DNA from: Candidatus Moanibacter sp.
GTDB lineage: Bacteria; Verrucomicrobiota; Verrucomicrobiia; Opitutales; UBA2987
Direction: 5' to 3'
Assembly (NCBI GenBank): GCA_965215885.1
Contig: CBDCEW010000064.1
Coordinates: forward strand, 1-64,000
Length of the DNA: 64,000 bases
Shown: one piece after another, positions 10,511 to 20,979 of the stretch
Position numbering within the stretch: the stretch's first letter is position 1
Layout of the letters: every line of letters begins with the position of its first letter
Notes under the pieces: model-generated
Seen by the model: only the letters and a program-made list of their open reading frames with translations
The model's database searches: none
Told to the model about the DNA's origin: nothing
Made by a program: the position numbers and the translations under genes

Positions 10511-10575
10511 CGAAAAGCTCCCGCTTTCCGCTACCCGCAATTGTGACACCCGTAGCGGAAAGCGGGAGCTTTTCG
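10511..10575. repeat. GTAG-type REPIN-like doublet, family A copy 1
   Basis: Perfect 24-bp IR CGAAAAGCTCCCGCTTTCCGCTAC / GTAGCGGAAAGCGGGAGCTTTTCG. Other copies at 42498, 44546 and 54601. Confidence 0.85.
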
Positions 10576-10655
10576 TCTTCCCGAATGGGTCTATGCTGGA
10601 TCTTTGACAATCTCCGCAGCCCCGTTACGTAGTAAGCGAAGTTTGCGAATTTATC

Positions 10656-12590
10656 ATGAACTGGAAAGCCGCCACAGGAGGTCTCGCGATAGTGATTCTT
10701 CTTGCGACGCTGATCCTCAACTGGGGCGATACTGAAGGTGCCGCTACGGCGGCGCCAGCGAATCCCGCTCCCATTCCTCCCAACCTGGAGCAAAAGGAAG
10801 CCCCCATGCTGGCCAAGCTCGTCGCGGCTGGCGAGCTTCCGCCTCTTGCCGAGCGGTTGCCGAAAAACCCCGCCGTGGTGGAGCCCGTCGACCAGCCGGG
10901 CCGTTACGGCGGCGCCTGGCGCCGCTACGCCATCGGGGACGACTCGCCCGGGATGGGACGCCTCAATTACGACCCGGCTCTGCGCTGGTCGGTGGATGGA
11001 TTGGAGATTCAGCCGAATATGTGCTGGAAGTATGAGGTTTCAGAGGATTTCCGGGCGTTCACGTTCTGGCTGCGGGAAAGGGTACGCTGGTCCGACGGCC
11101 ATCTCCTGACCACAGAAGACGTGCGCTTCTGGTTTGAAGATAATATCCTCAACACTGATCTCTACCCTTTAGTCCCAAATTGGATTCGGATCCAGGGCGA
11201 ACCGCCGAAACTCGAGATTCTCGGCCCCTACCGCTTTCGCTTCGTTTTCCCGCATCCCTACGGACTCTTCCTGGAACGTGTGGCCTGGCAGGGCAATTTG
11301 TGGATGCCCGCCCATTACCTCAGAAAGTATCACGTTAATTACAGCTCCAAGGAACAGCTCGAAGTCGAAGCGCAGGCCGCGGGGTTTGACCTATGGTTTC
11401 AGCTCTTCCAGGACAAGGCCAGATGGCAAACGAATCCGGAGTTGCCGATGTCCACCGCCTGGGTCATCAAGAACGCCTGGACCTCCTATCACCGGATCTT
11501 CGAGCGCAACCCCTATTATTGGAAAGTAGACACCGAGGGCCGCCAGTTACCCTATCTTGATCGGGTGACGCACGACACCCTCAACGACCGGGAGACCGCG
11601 CTGCTGAGTCTTGTCGGGGGCGGGGTCTTCATGCAGAGTCGCCACGTTCTTTTCGAGGATCTGCCGCTTCTTCAAGAAGCCGAAAAGACCGGCAAGATTC
11701 AAATCTACCTCTGGACCGCACCCGGCAACCAGGGAATTTCCATAACGTGCAATCAGACCTATACCGGCGAGGACGACTTCGCCCGCGAATTGCTCCGGAA
11801 AGTAAACTTCCGCAGGGCGCTCTCCCACGCACTACCCAGAAAGGAGATCATCGATCTCTTTTCTTTTGGGATCGGCACACCCATTCAACCAGCTCCGATC
11901 AGGAAGTCGCCCTATTATAAATATGGGCTTAAGCTGGCCCATACGGCCCTCGAATACGATCTCGGAAAGGCCAATCGCCTCCTCGACGGACTGGGGCTCG
12001 CTGCCCGCGGAGCCGACGGCTACCGACTCCGCCCGGACGGCAAACCGATTGCCCTCACCGTCGACCACAGTGCCGGCACCGAATGGGCCCAGAAGGCCGA
12101 GTATTTTACTCTCAGGTGCCTCAGGCCTCTCGGTATCAAAGGAGTCCTCAAACCTTCCACCGGAAGGCGAGGATACTCGGGGCTGCCCATGCTGTCGCTA
12201 GGTGGAGGATTCGATCGCAACATGCAGTTGCTCATTGAGCCACTCCACTATATTCCCTACATGCGCTTCCTCACCTGGGCCACTCAGTACGGCCTCTGGT
12301 ACGAGAGCAACGGAAAAAGCGGTTGGAAACCGCCCGAGCCGATCGCCCGCATCCAGGAGATCTATGACGAGATCAAGGTCTGCGCGGACCAGCAGAAACG
12401 CTACGAACTGATGGGCAGCATTCTGGATATTCACGCTGAAAACCTCTGGCTCATCGGTGCCCTCTCGGAACTTCCCGAACCGGTCGTGGTCAGCCCGCGA
12501 GCCGGAAACATTCCCAGAGACGTGATCACTGACTGGCTCTTTATGACTCCCGGCAACGCCCACCCCGAACAGTTCTATGCGAAGTGGTGA
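10656..12590 (+). CDS. Family 5 ABC substrate-binding protein
   Basis: N-terminal hydrophobic signal, EAPMLAKLVAAGELPPLAERLP, RWSDGH, ERNPYYWKVDTEGRQLPYLD. Confidence 0.92.
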   Translation: MNWKAATGGLAIVILLATLILNWGDTEGAATAAPANPAPIPPNLEQKEAPMLAKLVAAGELPPLAERLPKNPAVVEPVDQPGRYGGAWRRYAIGDDSPGMGRLNYDPALRWSVDGLEIQPNMCWKYEVSEDFRAFTFWLRERVRWSDGHLLTTEDVRFWFEDNILNTDLYPLVPNWIRIQGEPPKLEILGPYRFRFVFPHPYGLFLERVAWQGNLWMPAHYLRKYHVNYSSKEQLEVEAQAAGFDLWFQLFQDKARWQTNPELPMSTAWVIKNAWTSYHRIFERNPYYWKVDTEGRQLPYLDRVTHDTLNDRETALLSLVGGGVFMQSRHVLFEDLPLLQEAEKTGKIQIYLWTAPGNQGISITCNQTYTGEDDFARELLRKVNFRRALSHALPRKEIIDLFSFGIGTPIQPAPIRKSPYYKYGLKLAHTALEYDLGKANRLLDGLGLAARGADGYRLRPDGKPIALTVDHSAGTEWAQKAEYFTLRCLRPLGIKGVLKPSTGRRGYSGLPMLSLGGGFDRNMQLLIEPLHYIPYMRFLTWATQYGLWYESNGKSGWKPPEPIARIQEIYDEIKVCADQQKRYELMGSILDIHAENLWLIGALSELPEPVVVSPRAGNIPRDVITDWLFMTPGNAHPEQFYAKW

Positions 12591-12668
12591 CAACTTAAGA
12601 GATTTTGACAGGAGGAAACAGAGAGAAACGGAGGGGAGAATTGCCGAATTATGAATAAGGAAAGCAAA

Positions 12669-12811
12669 TGTCATTGCGAGCCTAGCGCCAACTGTCCTGA
12701 GTCCCGGCATGCCGGGATCGAAGGAGCTGGGCGTGGCAATCCAGAAAAAGGTAGGTGGATCTTACCTATACCTGGATCGCCGCACCTTCCTTCGGTCGGC
12801 TCGCGATGACA
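12669..12811. repeat. RPE-like palindromic element (GTCATTGCGAG...GGCAATCC) with nested insertions
   Basis: TGTCATTGCGAG...GCGTGGCAATCCAG pairs with CTGGATCGCC...CTCGCGATGACA. It contains a GTCCTGAG..CGAAGGA unit, which itself contains TCCCGGCATGCCGGGA. A simpler sister copy lies at 20082-20171. Confidence 0.75.
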
Positions 12812-12984
12812 GTGTGCTACTATTCAATTGCCGGAGTATTAGCTGAACAGAATGCTCAGATCTGGACAGAGACGCCCTTCTCGAGGCGTAGCCGCACAGA
12901 AATTTCGCGTCATTTCGCATGTTTAAAGGGCACAAATATGATTGAGATATTATTCGAGAAGGCACGATAGTTTCACGTTCACGA

Positions 12985-13917
12985 ATGAAGATCGGAATCC
13001 TCGGTTGCGGAAATCACTCCCGAAGCCAACATGGGCCTTCCTTGCGGCAATGCGCCCTTGAACGCGCCGACGTGGAATTGGTAGCAGCGTGCGACCTCGA
13101 TCGCGGACGAGCCGAAACCTACGCCAGCGATTTCGGTTTCGCTCACATACACACCGACATGCGGCAAATGCTCGAAGAGAGGCAACTGGACGCCCTCGTG
13201 GCCGTGACGCCCGAGGAACTTACGTATGAAATCGTCGCCGAACTTCTTACCTTCGGCACTGCGCTATTGATTGAGAAACCTCCGGGCCGGACCAGCGCGG
13301 AGGCGGCCGACCTCTCACAGAGAGCAAAGCGTTATGGCACTCCGGTAATGGTATCCTTCAACCGCCGCTTTAATCCCGCCGTGGTAGAGGGCCGCCGGTG
13401 GGTCGAGGAGAAGGCCCCTGCCCCACCCGCGTTCATCTCCGCTCGCATGCTTCGAGTCGGCCGCACGGAGGCGCCCTTCATCACCGCCACCGGGATCCAC
13501 TTGACCGATACCGTCCTCTCCTTCGCGGGGCGCCCCGTCGAGGTGCACTCGCATCGATGGCAATCCGGGGACGGCGGTCCCTGTTGTGCTGCTCAGGTCT
13601 CCTTCGACTGCGGCATTGAGGGACAGTTGTTGATGCTGCCGACTGCCGGCCGCTCAGAAGAGTGTTACGAGTTGAACGGACCGGGCTATTCCGTCGAGAT
13701 CGACACCGGCGATACGGCGCTTGAGATTTTGGTAGAGGGAAAACAAGCGCACGCGTGGAGAGCTTCTCCCGACATGCCGGATCACGAACGCGTCGGGGCG
13801 CTCAATGAAGCACGCGCGTTTTTCGAATCCGTTAGAGGAGACCGCCCCTTCGAACCGGATCTCGAGACCGCGATCGCATCGCTGGCCCTGGCCGAGAGAA
13901 TGGAAGCGCCCCCCTGA
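12985..13917 (+). CDS. Gfo/Idh/MocA family oxidoreductase
   Basis: GILGCG, IEKPP, FNRRF and GIHLTD motifs. Confidence 0.9.
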   Translation: MKIGILGCGNHSRSQHGPSLRQCALERADVELVAACDLDRGRAETYASDFGFAHIHTDMRQMLEERQLDALVAVTPEELTYEIVAELLTFGTALLIEKPPGRTSAEAADLSQRAKRYGTPVMVSFNRRFNPAVVEGRRWVEEKAPAPPAFISARMLRVGRTEAPFITATGIHLTDTVLSFAGRPVEVHSHRWQSGDGGPCCAAQVSFDCGIEGQLLMLPTAGRSEECYELNGPGYSVEIDTGDTALEILVEGKQAHAWRASPDMPDHERVGALNEARAFFESVRGDRPFEPDLETAIASLALAERMEAPP

Positions 13918-13983
13918 GGGAGTGCCTCCCCTGAAGTCCGCTTCGCGATTCCATGCAAAATGCGGCGCTTCCGACAGAGCATC

Positions 13984-15819
13984 TTATGAAACCGCAGGTT
14001 CTACCCTAAGCCTTTTCTCGTGCCGGCGGCGCTCATTGGCGTCTAGGATACGCTTGCGCAACCGGAGATGGTTGGGAGTCGTCTCTACGTATTCGTCGAC
14101 GTCAATATACTCGATAGCCCGCTCGAGGCTGAACTTTACTGGGGGCGACAACATGATTCCTTTCCCCTCTCCGCTACTTCGCATGTTGTCGAGATGCTTT
14201 GCCTTGGTCGGATTCACGGGCAGGTCCTGCTTACGGGGATTTTCGCCCACCACCTGCCCTGGGTAAACCTCCTCTCCCGGTCCGATAAAGAGCTTCCCGC
14301 GCTGTTGCAGGTTATCGAGTGCGTAGGCCATGGATTTTCCCCTGTCCATTGAAACGAGCGTCCCTGTCGGCCGGATGACGATTTCGCCGGCAAATGGGCG
14401 GTATTCGAGAAATAGATGGCTCATCACTCCTAGTCCGCTGGTGCGGTTGACGAGGCTGGTCTCAAACCCAATGAGTCCTCGCGTGGGGATCTCCGCTTCA
14501 ACCGTCGCGCCGCCGCTCTCGTGGTGGTGAAGGTTGGTGATCCGGCCCTTGCGACGGGTGAGGCTCTCCATGATCGCGCCGAGATACTCTTCCGGAACCT
14601 CAACCCAGAGTCGCTCGAAGGGTTCACATTGAACCCCGTCGATATTCTTGAATATCACCGTCGGCCGGGACACCAGAACTTCATAACCCTCACGGCGCAT
14701 CGTTTCGACAAGGACGGCGATCTGCATGGCGCCACGACCGGTTACCTCGAAACGGGATCCATCCTCGGTTTCACCCACCCGAATGGAGATGTTTGATTTC
14801 ATCTCGCGCAGAAGCCGTTCCCGAATCTGCCGCGAAGTGACCCTCTTGCCATCCTGTCCCGCAAATGGTCCGTCGTTGACCGCGAACTCCATCTGTATGG
14901 TGGGTGGATCGATTTCCACGAAAGGAAGGGCATCCGCCGATTCATCGGCCGAAAGGGTATCTCCAATATCAATCTCCTCACAACCGGCGAGCCCGATGAT
15001 CTCACCCGCGCCACCCTCATTCGTATCGGTTGTCTTAAGCCCGCTATAAGTGAGCAGTTTGGTGATCTTCAGGCCTTTCCGAGACCCGTCGCTGCGCAGG
15101 GCGAACAGGCTATCCCCCTGCCGGACGGATCCGCTCTGTATTCTGCCGATGGCCACTCTCCCGACAAAATCGTTCCAATCGATATTGCTCACCAGCATCC
15201 GAAAGGGACGGTCTTCGACAGCCGGCGGGGGCACGTGGTCAAGGATGGTCTCAAAAAGCGGCGTCATGTTCCTGCGAGGGCCGTCGAGTGTCAGATCGGC
15301 CCATCCCTCTTTCGCGCTTATGTAAAGAAAAGGCGAACTAAACTGCCTATCCGTGGCGCCTAGCTCGAGGAACAGTTCGAGAACTCTGTCATGGACCCAA
15401 TCCGGATCTGCACGCTCGCGATCGATCTTGTTTAGAACGATCACCGGCGCCAGGCCATGGCTGAGGGCCTTGGAGAGGACAAATCGTGTCTGGGCCTGGG
15501 GGCCTTCAAACGCATCCACCAAGAGGAGAACACCGTCCACCATCTTCATGACCCGCTCCACTTCGGCTCCGAAGTCCGCATGTCCGGGGGTGTCGACGAT
15601 ATTGATGAGGAACTCCCGCCAACGCACCGCCGCATTCTTGGACTTGATGGTGATCCCTTTCTCCCGTTCCAGGTCCATCGAATCCATCACCCGGTCGACA
15701 ACCTTCTGGTTCTCGTGAAACGCGCCGCAGGCGCGCAGCAATTGATCGACGAGCGTGGTCTTCCCATGGTCGACGTGGGCAATTATGGCGATGTTTCGTA
15801 TATTCAATGCTCCCGTCAT
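13984..15819 (-). CDS. typA: Translational GTPase TypA/BipA
   Basis: IRNIAIIAHVDHGKTTLVD, DTPGHADFG, NKID and C-terminal EYVETTPNHLRLRK. Confidence 0.97.
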   Translation of the reverse strand: MTGALNIRNIAIIAHVDHGKTTLVDQLLRACGAFHENQKVVDRVMDSMDLEREKGITIKSKNAAVRWREFLINIVDTPGHADFGAEVERVMKMVDGVLLLVDAFEGPQAQTRFVLSKALSHGLAPVIVLNKIDRERADPDWVHDRVLELFLELGATDRQFSSPFLYISAKEGWADLTLDGPRRNMTPLFETILDHVPPPAVEDRPFRMLVSNIDWNDFVGRVAIGRIQSGSVRQGDSLFALRSDGSRKGLKITKLLTYSGLKTTDTNEGGAGEIIGLAGCEEIDIGDTLSADESADALPFVEIDPPTIQMEFAVNDGPFAGQDGKRVTSRQIRERLLREMKSNISIRVGETEDGSRFEVTGRGAMQIAVLVETMRREGYEVLVSRPTVIFKNIDGVQCEPFERLWVEVPEEYLGAIMESLTRRKGRITNLHHHESGGATVEAEIPTRGLIGFETSLVNRTSGLGVMSHLFLEYRPFAGEIVIRPTGTLVSMDRGKSMAYALDNLQQRGKLFIGPGEEVYPGQVVGENPRKQDLPVNPTKAKHLDNMRSSGEGKGIMLSPPVKFSLERAIEYIDVDEYVETTPNHLRLRKRILDANERRRHEKRLRVEPAVS

Positions 15820-16012
15820 CGGTAAAGTGCGCAACCGTGATACGGATATTCAAGCGAATCAATGGTTGATTTTCTACTTTTCTACTTTTTTCTGCTTGCC
15901 TTGAGCGGAGTCGAAGGACCTTCCTCATAAGACTTCCAATCTCGAAGAGTCTGCTTTCCAGGTTCGCTCAGCCGGATGATCACTTGAGAGGTTTATCCTG
16001 TTTGCTTCTTAC

Positions 16013-16756
16013 ATGACGCCTCGAATCCTTTTCCACCTCCCACTCGACCAGGCCTTCCAGCCCAGTGTCGCGAAAGGCGACGATACCGCACATATCGATC
16101 CGGAAGGAGATTCACCCAAATTCCGGGACGATGGCGTTCGCGCCGGGTTCCATTTTAGCGCGAATTCACGCTTGAATATCCCGGTGCAAGGAAACTTCGA
16201 CCGCACCTCGGGAACAGTCATGCTCCATTTTAAACCGGACTGGGACGCCGAATTTGACGACGAACTCGGTCGCATCCTCTGGGATTTGCGCATTGACCAC
16301 GGGAGCGTTGTGCCGGACGACCCCTCCCAGCGCTGGGCCCTTGTATATCCCAACCCGTCAGCCGTTCGCGTCGGTCGGGATGAGGAGACTGTTGGCCGCT
16401 GGCGTTTCTGCGTTGAGACCGACCGCAACCGCTACGTTATCGGGACGAAGGGAAAAAGACCCGACCGGCGCTCCCGCCAAGCTGTTTGGGGAGCACCACA
16501 GTCCTTCCGCGCTGGCGAATGGCTTCACCTTGCAGTCGCCTGGACCTCGGACGAAGGCGCCATCTTCGTCAACGGCCGCGAGAATGGAAGCGGCCGGTTG
16601 AACGAGGGTCTCCCCTGTCGTCCGCTGCCCGAGACCATGCAGCTCGGCGCGCTCTCCAGCTGGATGAATGCGGGCGCCTGCGGGGTAATCTCCGATTTTC
16701 GGGTATACGACGGCGCGCTTACTTGTGAACAGATCCGTCTATCCGCGAGAGATTGA
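16013..16756 (+). CDS. LamG-like (concanavalin A-like jellyroll) domain protein
   Basis: GTVMLHFKPDW...GEWLHLAVAW...IFVNG...GVISDFRVYDGALT matches the Laminin_G_3 pattern. Confidence 0.75.
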   Translation: MTPRILFHLPLDQAFQPSVAKGDDTAHIDPEGDSPKFRDDGVRAGFHFSANSRLNIPVQGNFDRTSGTVMLHFKPDWDAEFDDELGRILWDLRIDHGSVVPDDPSQRWALVYPNPSAVRVGRDEETVGRWRFCVETDRNRYVIGTKGKRPDRRSRQAVWGAPQSFRAGEWLHLAVAWTSDEGAIFVNGRENGSGRLNEGLPCRPLPETMQLGALSSWMNAGACGVISDFRVYDGALTCEQIRLSARD

Positions 16757-16887
16757 GATATTGCACAAAGAAAATAGCAGATCGTGGTAGGACCGCGCTT
16801 GTCGGAGACCCTGAGCTTGTCGATGGGGGCGGGATGCTGCACAGTAACAGGATGTCGATGTACAACCAACTTTCAATCATCGAAAAG

Positions 16888-18538
16888 GAGCTTGGCTCGG
16901 CGGCGCGCTAAACAAACCCGAGGGAATCAGCATGTTAAGATGGGATGAAAGACAAAAAATCTTACCAACTGAATCCTTCGATAGATCGTTTAACTCTGCG
17001 TCTGGTCCTGCCCGAAGAGCAGGAGCGATTCAACCTGATCGAAGCAGGAGAGACCCTGCGCTAAGATCCCAATGGATGGGCCTGCCTTGTGGGGGGGCAT
17101 CCTACCGCTGAAGGATCGTAGACGAATGGATCGGGTGGGACGGGGCGCAAGCATGATTGAAACTGGTAGGAACGGGACGTTTTCTGACCGGGGTGGATCT
17201 TGCAGCCTCCCGTTGGGTATGTGCCTGAGAGTCTTAGCCGATCACTGGCAGGAGGCGCTATCGTCCCTTAGTAGCGGAAACGTTCGTGGACACAGATTCA
17301 CCGGGGCACTTGCTACGAAGCGAGCTGGACGCCCCTCGGGATATGGCCGCCAACGCGAAGATTTCTATCAACGCCATGAGCGTCCCAAGCAGATCTGGGT
17401 CAAAACCCCTCAAGGCTAATGCCCTTGATCAGGGCCATTGCCCGCGGCACAGAGCCAGGCGCTCGGATAACTCCCATGCGGTCTGCCTCAAAGTGGAACA
17501 GATGAGCGCCTGTGGGAACGCTTCAATCAGATAGAAGACTCCGTCGTAAAGCGGGCCGATAGCTCGCCACGGTCCTGAGCTGATTGTGCTCGGCACGATG
17601 TGCGGCAAACAGACCCTCAAGGGCATCGTGCGCCTGGCCCATCATCTCAATCAAGCCCAATTGCGCGCCTTACGCTCCTGGAAAACCCCAAAACAGGCCG
17701 CTATAAGGCCCCTTGCTATGATGTCTTCTATCGGTCTTGCAAAACGTAAAGGCCGAGCTCTTCGATAAAACCCTCACCGAATTCATCTGCTTACAAGACG
17801 GCTGTTTGCCCCGCGATATTGCCGTCGACGGCAAGACCCTCAAAGGCACAAACACCGAATCAAAGGCTCTGCACCTGGTGGCCGCAGTCGATCACCAAAG
17901 CGCTCAAACCTTAGCCCAAGTCGCTACCGGTCCAACGAGAACCGCCGCCCAGACTCTCTTGCGAAAGATGCCCATTTTGGACGGTCACCCGACGCCATGG
18001 AAACTGCCCACATCGTCGTCGAAGAGTGCTGACTAATTCGCCACGGCGAATTAGAAAGCATAGCAATCGGCCCAACATGCATCAATACGCTCAGAATCTC
18101 TTCAGCTCCACCCCCTTTTTCTCCACCAAACCGTGGACAATGACCCATCGAAATACGTAGCAACCCATTCTCTAAGCGTCTGCCGGCCTGCCCCATGCCC
18201 GCCAGTTCGCCTGTGTGCAACGCACCTTCCATTATCCAAACAAAGCTGAACCTTCCTCTGAACGCTCTTACTACGTAAGCAGTCTCGATCCCGCCGATTT
18301 GAGCCCTCAACAGTTCCTCTCGAAAATTCGCAACCATTGGATCGCAGGGATCGCTTCTTCACATCCGTAATCATAACGCAGCCAGAATTCTTGCTGCATG
18401 CAGGCAACTGGTTCTCAGCCTCAAGATGGGCGCTGAATCCACTCCCGCACTCATGATTTCGTCTTTAACTTACATTCAATATCATCACCTAATGCTCCGA
18501 GAATCAAAATACCGTGAGCTTGGCTCGGCGGCGCGCTA
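16888..18538 (+). mobile_element. Heavily decayed ISAs1-family transposase with DUF4338-like N-terminal domain, bounded by a 23-bp direct repeat
   Basis: Fragments in several frames: LRLVLPEEQERFN; EWIGW; VLADHWQEA...AETFVD; EDFYQRHERPKQIWVK; IAVDGKTLKG...LHLVAAVDHQSAQTLAQV. Identical GAGCTTGGCTCGGCGGCGCGCTA at 16888-16910 and 18516-18538. Confidence 0.7.
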
Positions 18539-18562
18539 CGGCGGGTTTGATCCTGTGTGCAA

Positions 18563-19771
18563 ATGAAACCTGCCGAAGCACGTAAGTCCCTCCTGGACGC
18601 CGTAGAGGAGCATGATCGCTGGCGGCGGGACGAAACGATCAGCCTCTTACCCTCCGAGAACATTCTCTCCTCCGACGCCTTGCGTATGGTCGGATCGGAT
18701 CTTGCGAGCCGCTATTCTCTGCTGGTCAACGCCGAAGTCCACGGCTACTGGATGGACAACGCCTACGGCGGAACACGCATCGGTGATGAGATCGAATCCA
18801 TCGGTGAAAAGTTGGCCTGCCAGGTGTTTGAAGCTAACTTCGCCTCCCTGAAGCCAATCGGCGCCCACATCGCCGGGATCATGTTATTGCTGGGGCTCAC
18901 CGAACGTGGGGATACAATCATGACGATTGATTTGGAGGACGGCGGCTATGACGGCTATGGCCGCGATTATGTCCCGGCATTTCTCGGCCTCAATGTTGAA
19001 TACCTGCCCTTTGACCGGGAGCGCGGCACTCTCCAAACCGCTGCCGCCGTAGAACGCATCCAGGCGATCAAGCCCAAACTGGTGATCATTGGGGCCTCCT
19101 TCATCCCTTTTCCTTACGATATTCCGCCTCTTCGAGTCGCATGTGATGCTGTTTCCGCCCGCCTCGTATACGATGGTTCGCACGTCCTCGGCCTGATCGC
19201 GGGCGGCGAGTTCCAAAAGCCCTTGAGAGACGGGTGCGACGTTCTTCTCGGCTCAACCCACAAGTCTTTTTTCGGACCACAAGGCGGGATCGTCCTCACC
19301 AATGATGAGGAAGTCTATACCGCGCTGATGGGAAAAGTCACCTGGTATACGATGGACAACGATCATCGCAATCGTATAGGCGGAGTGGCCATGGCGCTGG
19401 CCGAGCTGGCCGAGTTCGGAACCAGCTATGCGCCACAGGTCATCGCGAACAGTCAGGCGCTTGGTAGAGTATTGCAGGAGGGCGGCCTCAAAATGCAGTT
19501 TTCCGACAATGGCTTTTCAGAAAGTCATCAGTTGGTTTTTTCTCCCGCGAGTGTCCCTGACCCTGGTCTCCTTTCCAGAAATTTGGAGCCCCATGGGCTG
19601 ATCATCGATCGTACCTCTCGTCTCGGCACCGCAGAGGTCACTCGCCTTGGCGCCGATGAGGAAATGATGGCCGAGATCGGCAAAACGCTCCTTGCGGGCT
19701 GGCGCGGCGAGCCGATACAGGAGTCTGTAAGGGAAATTCGCTCTCGAATGAAATTACGTTATTGTTTCTGA
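18563..19771 (+). CDS. glyA: Serine hydroxymethyltransferase-like PLP enzyme, archaeal-type and atypical
   Basis: LLPSEN, YDGSHVLGLIAGGEFQKPLRDG, GSTHKSFFGPQGG (PLP lysine) and RLGTAEVTRLG. The usual GGHxxH loop is replaced by DGGYDGY. Confidence 0.8.
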   Translation: MKPAEARKSLLDAVEEHDRWRRDETISLLPSENILSSDALRMVGSDLASRYSLLVNAEVHGYWMDNAYGGTRIGDEIESIGEKLACQVFEANFASLKPIGAHIAGIMLLLGLTERGDTIMTIDLEDGGYDGYGRDYVPAFLGLNVEYLPFDRERGTLQTAAAVERIQAIKPKLVIIGASFIPFPYDIPPLRVACDAVSARLVYDGSHVLGLIAGGEFQKPLRDGCDVLLGSTHKSFFGPQGGIVLTNDEEVYTALMGKVTWYTMDNDHRNRIGGVAMALAELAEFGTSYAPQVIANSQALGRVLQEGGLKMQFSDNGFSESHQLVFSPASVPDPGLLSRNLEPHGLIIDRTSRLGTAEVTRLGADEEMMAEIGKTLLAGWRGEPIQESVREIRSRMKLRYCF

Positions 19772-20081
19772 TGCTGCAAATGTGGCTTCCTCATTAGAAA
19801 ACTTAGTCTATAATAGACATTATAGATGAAGTATTATCGCAGTCCTGAGGTACGGCAGGACAGGGATAGCTGATAACCGCCGAACTCGAATGGCGGCGGT
19901 TGTCATTCTTTTTGCGTCCGCACTCGCGTGCCCACCGGCCTATGGCGAGCAGGAACAGACCGACCTGCCGGTCAACCTGAAAGGCGAAGCGATTGATCCG
20001 CTGGCAAAGGTCAAGAGCCCGGCCGGGAGCTTCGCCCCGGATGTATCGTTACCAAACCCAGAAAGAAACTAAAATCCAACA

Positions 20082-20171
20082 GTCATTGCGAGCCCGCTCT
20101 GCGGGCGTGGCAATCCAGAGTTCCGGCTAGTCGACCCGCTGGATTGCTTCGTCATTCTTCCTCGCAATGAT
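20082..20171. repeat. RPE-like palindromic element, copy 2
   Basis: GTCATTGCGAGCCCGCTCTGCGGGCGTGGCAATCCAG ... CTGGATTGCTTCG...CTCGCAATGA. Confidence 0.75.
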
Positions 20172-20343
20172 ATGGATGATGGGCCACCACCATTGTTTTT
20201 CGTAGCAATAGTACAATTCCGCCAATGCCTATTCGTGTCTTTGGATTCAACCACACTGCCTCTATTGTACCGATGCGCTTAAATCTGAAAGATCTGGACA
20301 GAAGTTAATCCGGTAAAAGAAAACTATTCTCGGATTCAATTGA

Positions 20344-20511
20344 ATGCAACGGGAAGAATTCAGAGCTGAACTTGGGGGGATGCTGGGTATTCCTTTCGAG
20401 CGTTGCGATCTGCAGCCCGAATTCCGGGGACTCGTTGAAAGAGAGGGAGTCGTCATCGAGAAATGGATCTGGACGAGCGAGGAAGGATCCACCGGCATCT
20501 CACCCCACTAG
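20344..20511 (+). pseudogene. 5-prime fragment of an alpha/beta-hydrolase (acetyl xylan esterase-like)
   Basis: MQREEFRAELGGMLGIPFERCDLQPEFRGLVEREGVVIEKWIWTSEEGS followed by an early stop. This resembles the LxP...GxxIEKxxxxSExG N-terminal pattern of such hydrolases. Confidence 0.45.
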
Positions 20512-20535
20512 ACCAAATTTCCCAGAAATTTGGTC

Positions 20536-20860
20536 TTACCACTTCAAGTAAAACTGTTCCCGGTGGGCGTTGGAGGGGGTAAAAAACAACCAGCTGGCGA
20601 CGATATCGGTGGGCACATTGCCGGCACGCGGGCTTACCACGACCGGTCTTGGGATCCCTTTCACGGTGCTGATCATCCAGAGGTTTTTTGGCGTGCAGGT
20701 CGATGATCTGGCCCATCAGCCGATAACGTTCCTCCTGTGAGGGGCAGGTTTTTATCTCGTCCTAGATCTCGAGGACGCAGCGAAGGTCCTCCGGCGGCGT
20801 CCAGCCGCGTTCACTCCGCGAGAGATACCACAGTCCGTACTGGCTGGCCCAAGGGCGGTC
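20536..20860 (-). pseudogene. 3-prime relic of a family 5 substrate-binding protein paralogous to 10656-12590
   Basis: Minus strand reads WASQYGLWYLSRSERGWTPPEDLRCVLEI*DEIKTCPSQEERYRLMGQIIDLHAK(frameshift)NLWMISTVKGIPRPVVVSPRAGNVPTDIVASWLFFTPSNAHREQFYLKW*. This aligns with the intact WATQYGLWYESNGKSGWKPPE...PVVVSPRAGNIP...NAHPEQFYAKW*. Confidence 0.85.
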
Positions 20861-20979
20861 CAACCTACGATTCGAGGGAGCACAAACAATGACGCCGAAG
20901 ACGCCAGGCAAGCTTGGCACCCGGAATTTGGTTGAACGGCTCTGCGATACCTGCCGTAATAATTCTTAGCGGTCAAAAC

